Below, piece after piece: positions 62,778 to 64,000 of a stretch of DNA of 64,000 nt. Both the position numbers and the translations under genes were made by a program. Under the pieces are notes generated by a model. That model had not been told where the DNA came from and did no database searches. It worked only from the letters and a program-made list of their open reading frames with translations. Each line of letters starts with the position of its first letter. The first letter of the stretch is position 1. The DNA is from Leptogorgia sarmentosa (taxonomy: Eukaryota): the NCBI GenBank assembly GCA_964658305.1, contig OZ210885.1:17236001-17300000 (forward strand). The letters are read 5' to 3'.

Positions 62778-64000
62778 TATATTATCCAAAATTATAAAAA
62801 TTGCATTAAAAATCACAAATCACATGCATTGAACTAGGTATTTTTAGTTCAATGATCACATGCTATGCTTCCACAAGTGTTTCCATCATCTGCTGGAAAA
62901 GCCTTCCTTTTTAATTTCCCTAACTCTTTCCCAGTCTCCTCGCGTCAACCTCCGCGCGCAGCGTTTTAAATGACTTAGTGAAGAGTTGCTGCACATTTTT
63001 AGTATGATTGGGCGTGTTAATTTTTAAGAATATACAATATTTTCTGTTTGATGTAATGTGCTATACAAAGTTAGAAGAAATGCACTGCACAAAATAATGT
63101 TTGCAGCATGTATTTTTGTATGAAGCGGTGTCCCTTCTGGGCCACCGTACTCTACCTTCTTCAAGGGTGCCACTGTCAATGGCTTGTTCCATTTTGCTTA
63201 AGATTGAGGCATGTTTGCTGTGGTTCTTCTCTGCATAGGGATTAACCTCTGGCACCATACTTGCTTAAAATTGTCTTTGATTTTCCTTGGCATATTTTCA
63301 TCGCCCATAACTTCAACAAAGTCAGCTTTGATCTAGAACAAAATATTGTAAGTTATAAAACATTTATATATCTATGTAAGCAGCACAAGAAAACGTCACC
63401 GCTGTCAAGGTGAAACTTGACGTTTTCAAGACCTCAGGCACAGTTTTTCTCATCTGCACCTCACATATAATATATATATATTGAAATAGAATTTCCCCAC
63501 TACTTACATATAACAGATTTTTCAAGGGAGGAAACATCTCCAGGATTTCCACTATTTGCTTCACTTCATTTAGCACAAGTGCTCACCTTTTACCATAGGA
63601 TTTCTTCATCAGCTCTTGAATTTTCCCATGATCCTTTTTCGTCCGCTGCCACTCTTTCTTAATTTTTGTAATGGCCTTTGCTACATCTTCCTCAGGTTGG
63701 TCTATCTCAGGGACAACTGTCCAACACAATGTCTTTTTTGCCAACTTTCTACCCTTGGTTCTTGGGGTTTCGTTTAAGAAAGGAACACCAGATTTCTTTC
63801 TTTGAAGCTTTTTAAATCTGTTATAAATTTTCATCTCAATAGATCCCTAAAATGACAAAATACATTCAATTACTTTTAATAATAACCTGTAGTAATGCAA
63901 TGTACCAGATGGTGATCGACAGTATAGATGAAGTTTTTACCCATGGCTTTGTGTCCTCATCAAGTAGTGGGTCTTTTAAAAACGGATAGGTTTCCACAAC

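Larger units (their letters stand above)
59032..63149. mobile_element. IS3EU-type DNA transposon, fully bounded, with two convergent genes
   Basis: ~245-bp near-identical TIRs beginning TACGGTGGCC. 6-bp TSD CTCTAC at 59026-59031 and 63150-63155. Confidence 0.92.
58256..63850 (-). pseudogene. Multi-exon gene, probably the accessory ORF of a CACTA/EnSpm-like element; interrupted in an intron by IS3EU
   Basis: Exons ~63850-63587, 63330-63156, 58936-58821 and 58559-58256. C-terminus DALVALLATYYLFNV ends just inside the repeat-rich terminus. Confidence 0.5.

Overview
AT-rich (my impression, not computed), intron-containing eukaryotic DNA. The repeat families suggest a marine invertebrate, probably a cnidarian such as a coral or octocoral (inference). 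No intact host gene is recognisable. The window is almost entirely nested, mostly decayed transposable elements. From left to right: an Ngaro-like tyrosine-recombinase retroelement with an SGNH hydrolase ORF upstream of gag; a 1.5-kb minisatellite; Helitron/Helentron fragments; a non-coding element with a 9-bp TSD; a MULE transposase with SWIM and Ulp1-like domains; a hAT-like gene interrupted by a structurally complete DIRS1 element; a nest of IS3EU-like integrase > Harbinger Myb/SANT gene > Zator > LINE; an RTEX-like LINE interrupted by a RecQ-carrying AcademH-like element; Copia and hAT remnants; an AcademX element inside a second Academ-type transposase gene; a CACTA/EnSpm-like end with 65-bp tandem repeats; and a fully bounded 4.1-kb IS3EU-type transposon carrying a HECT E3 ubiquitin-ligase gene. 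Termini and TSDs were read by eye. Family names come from recalled motifs, not database searches.
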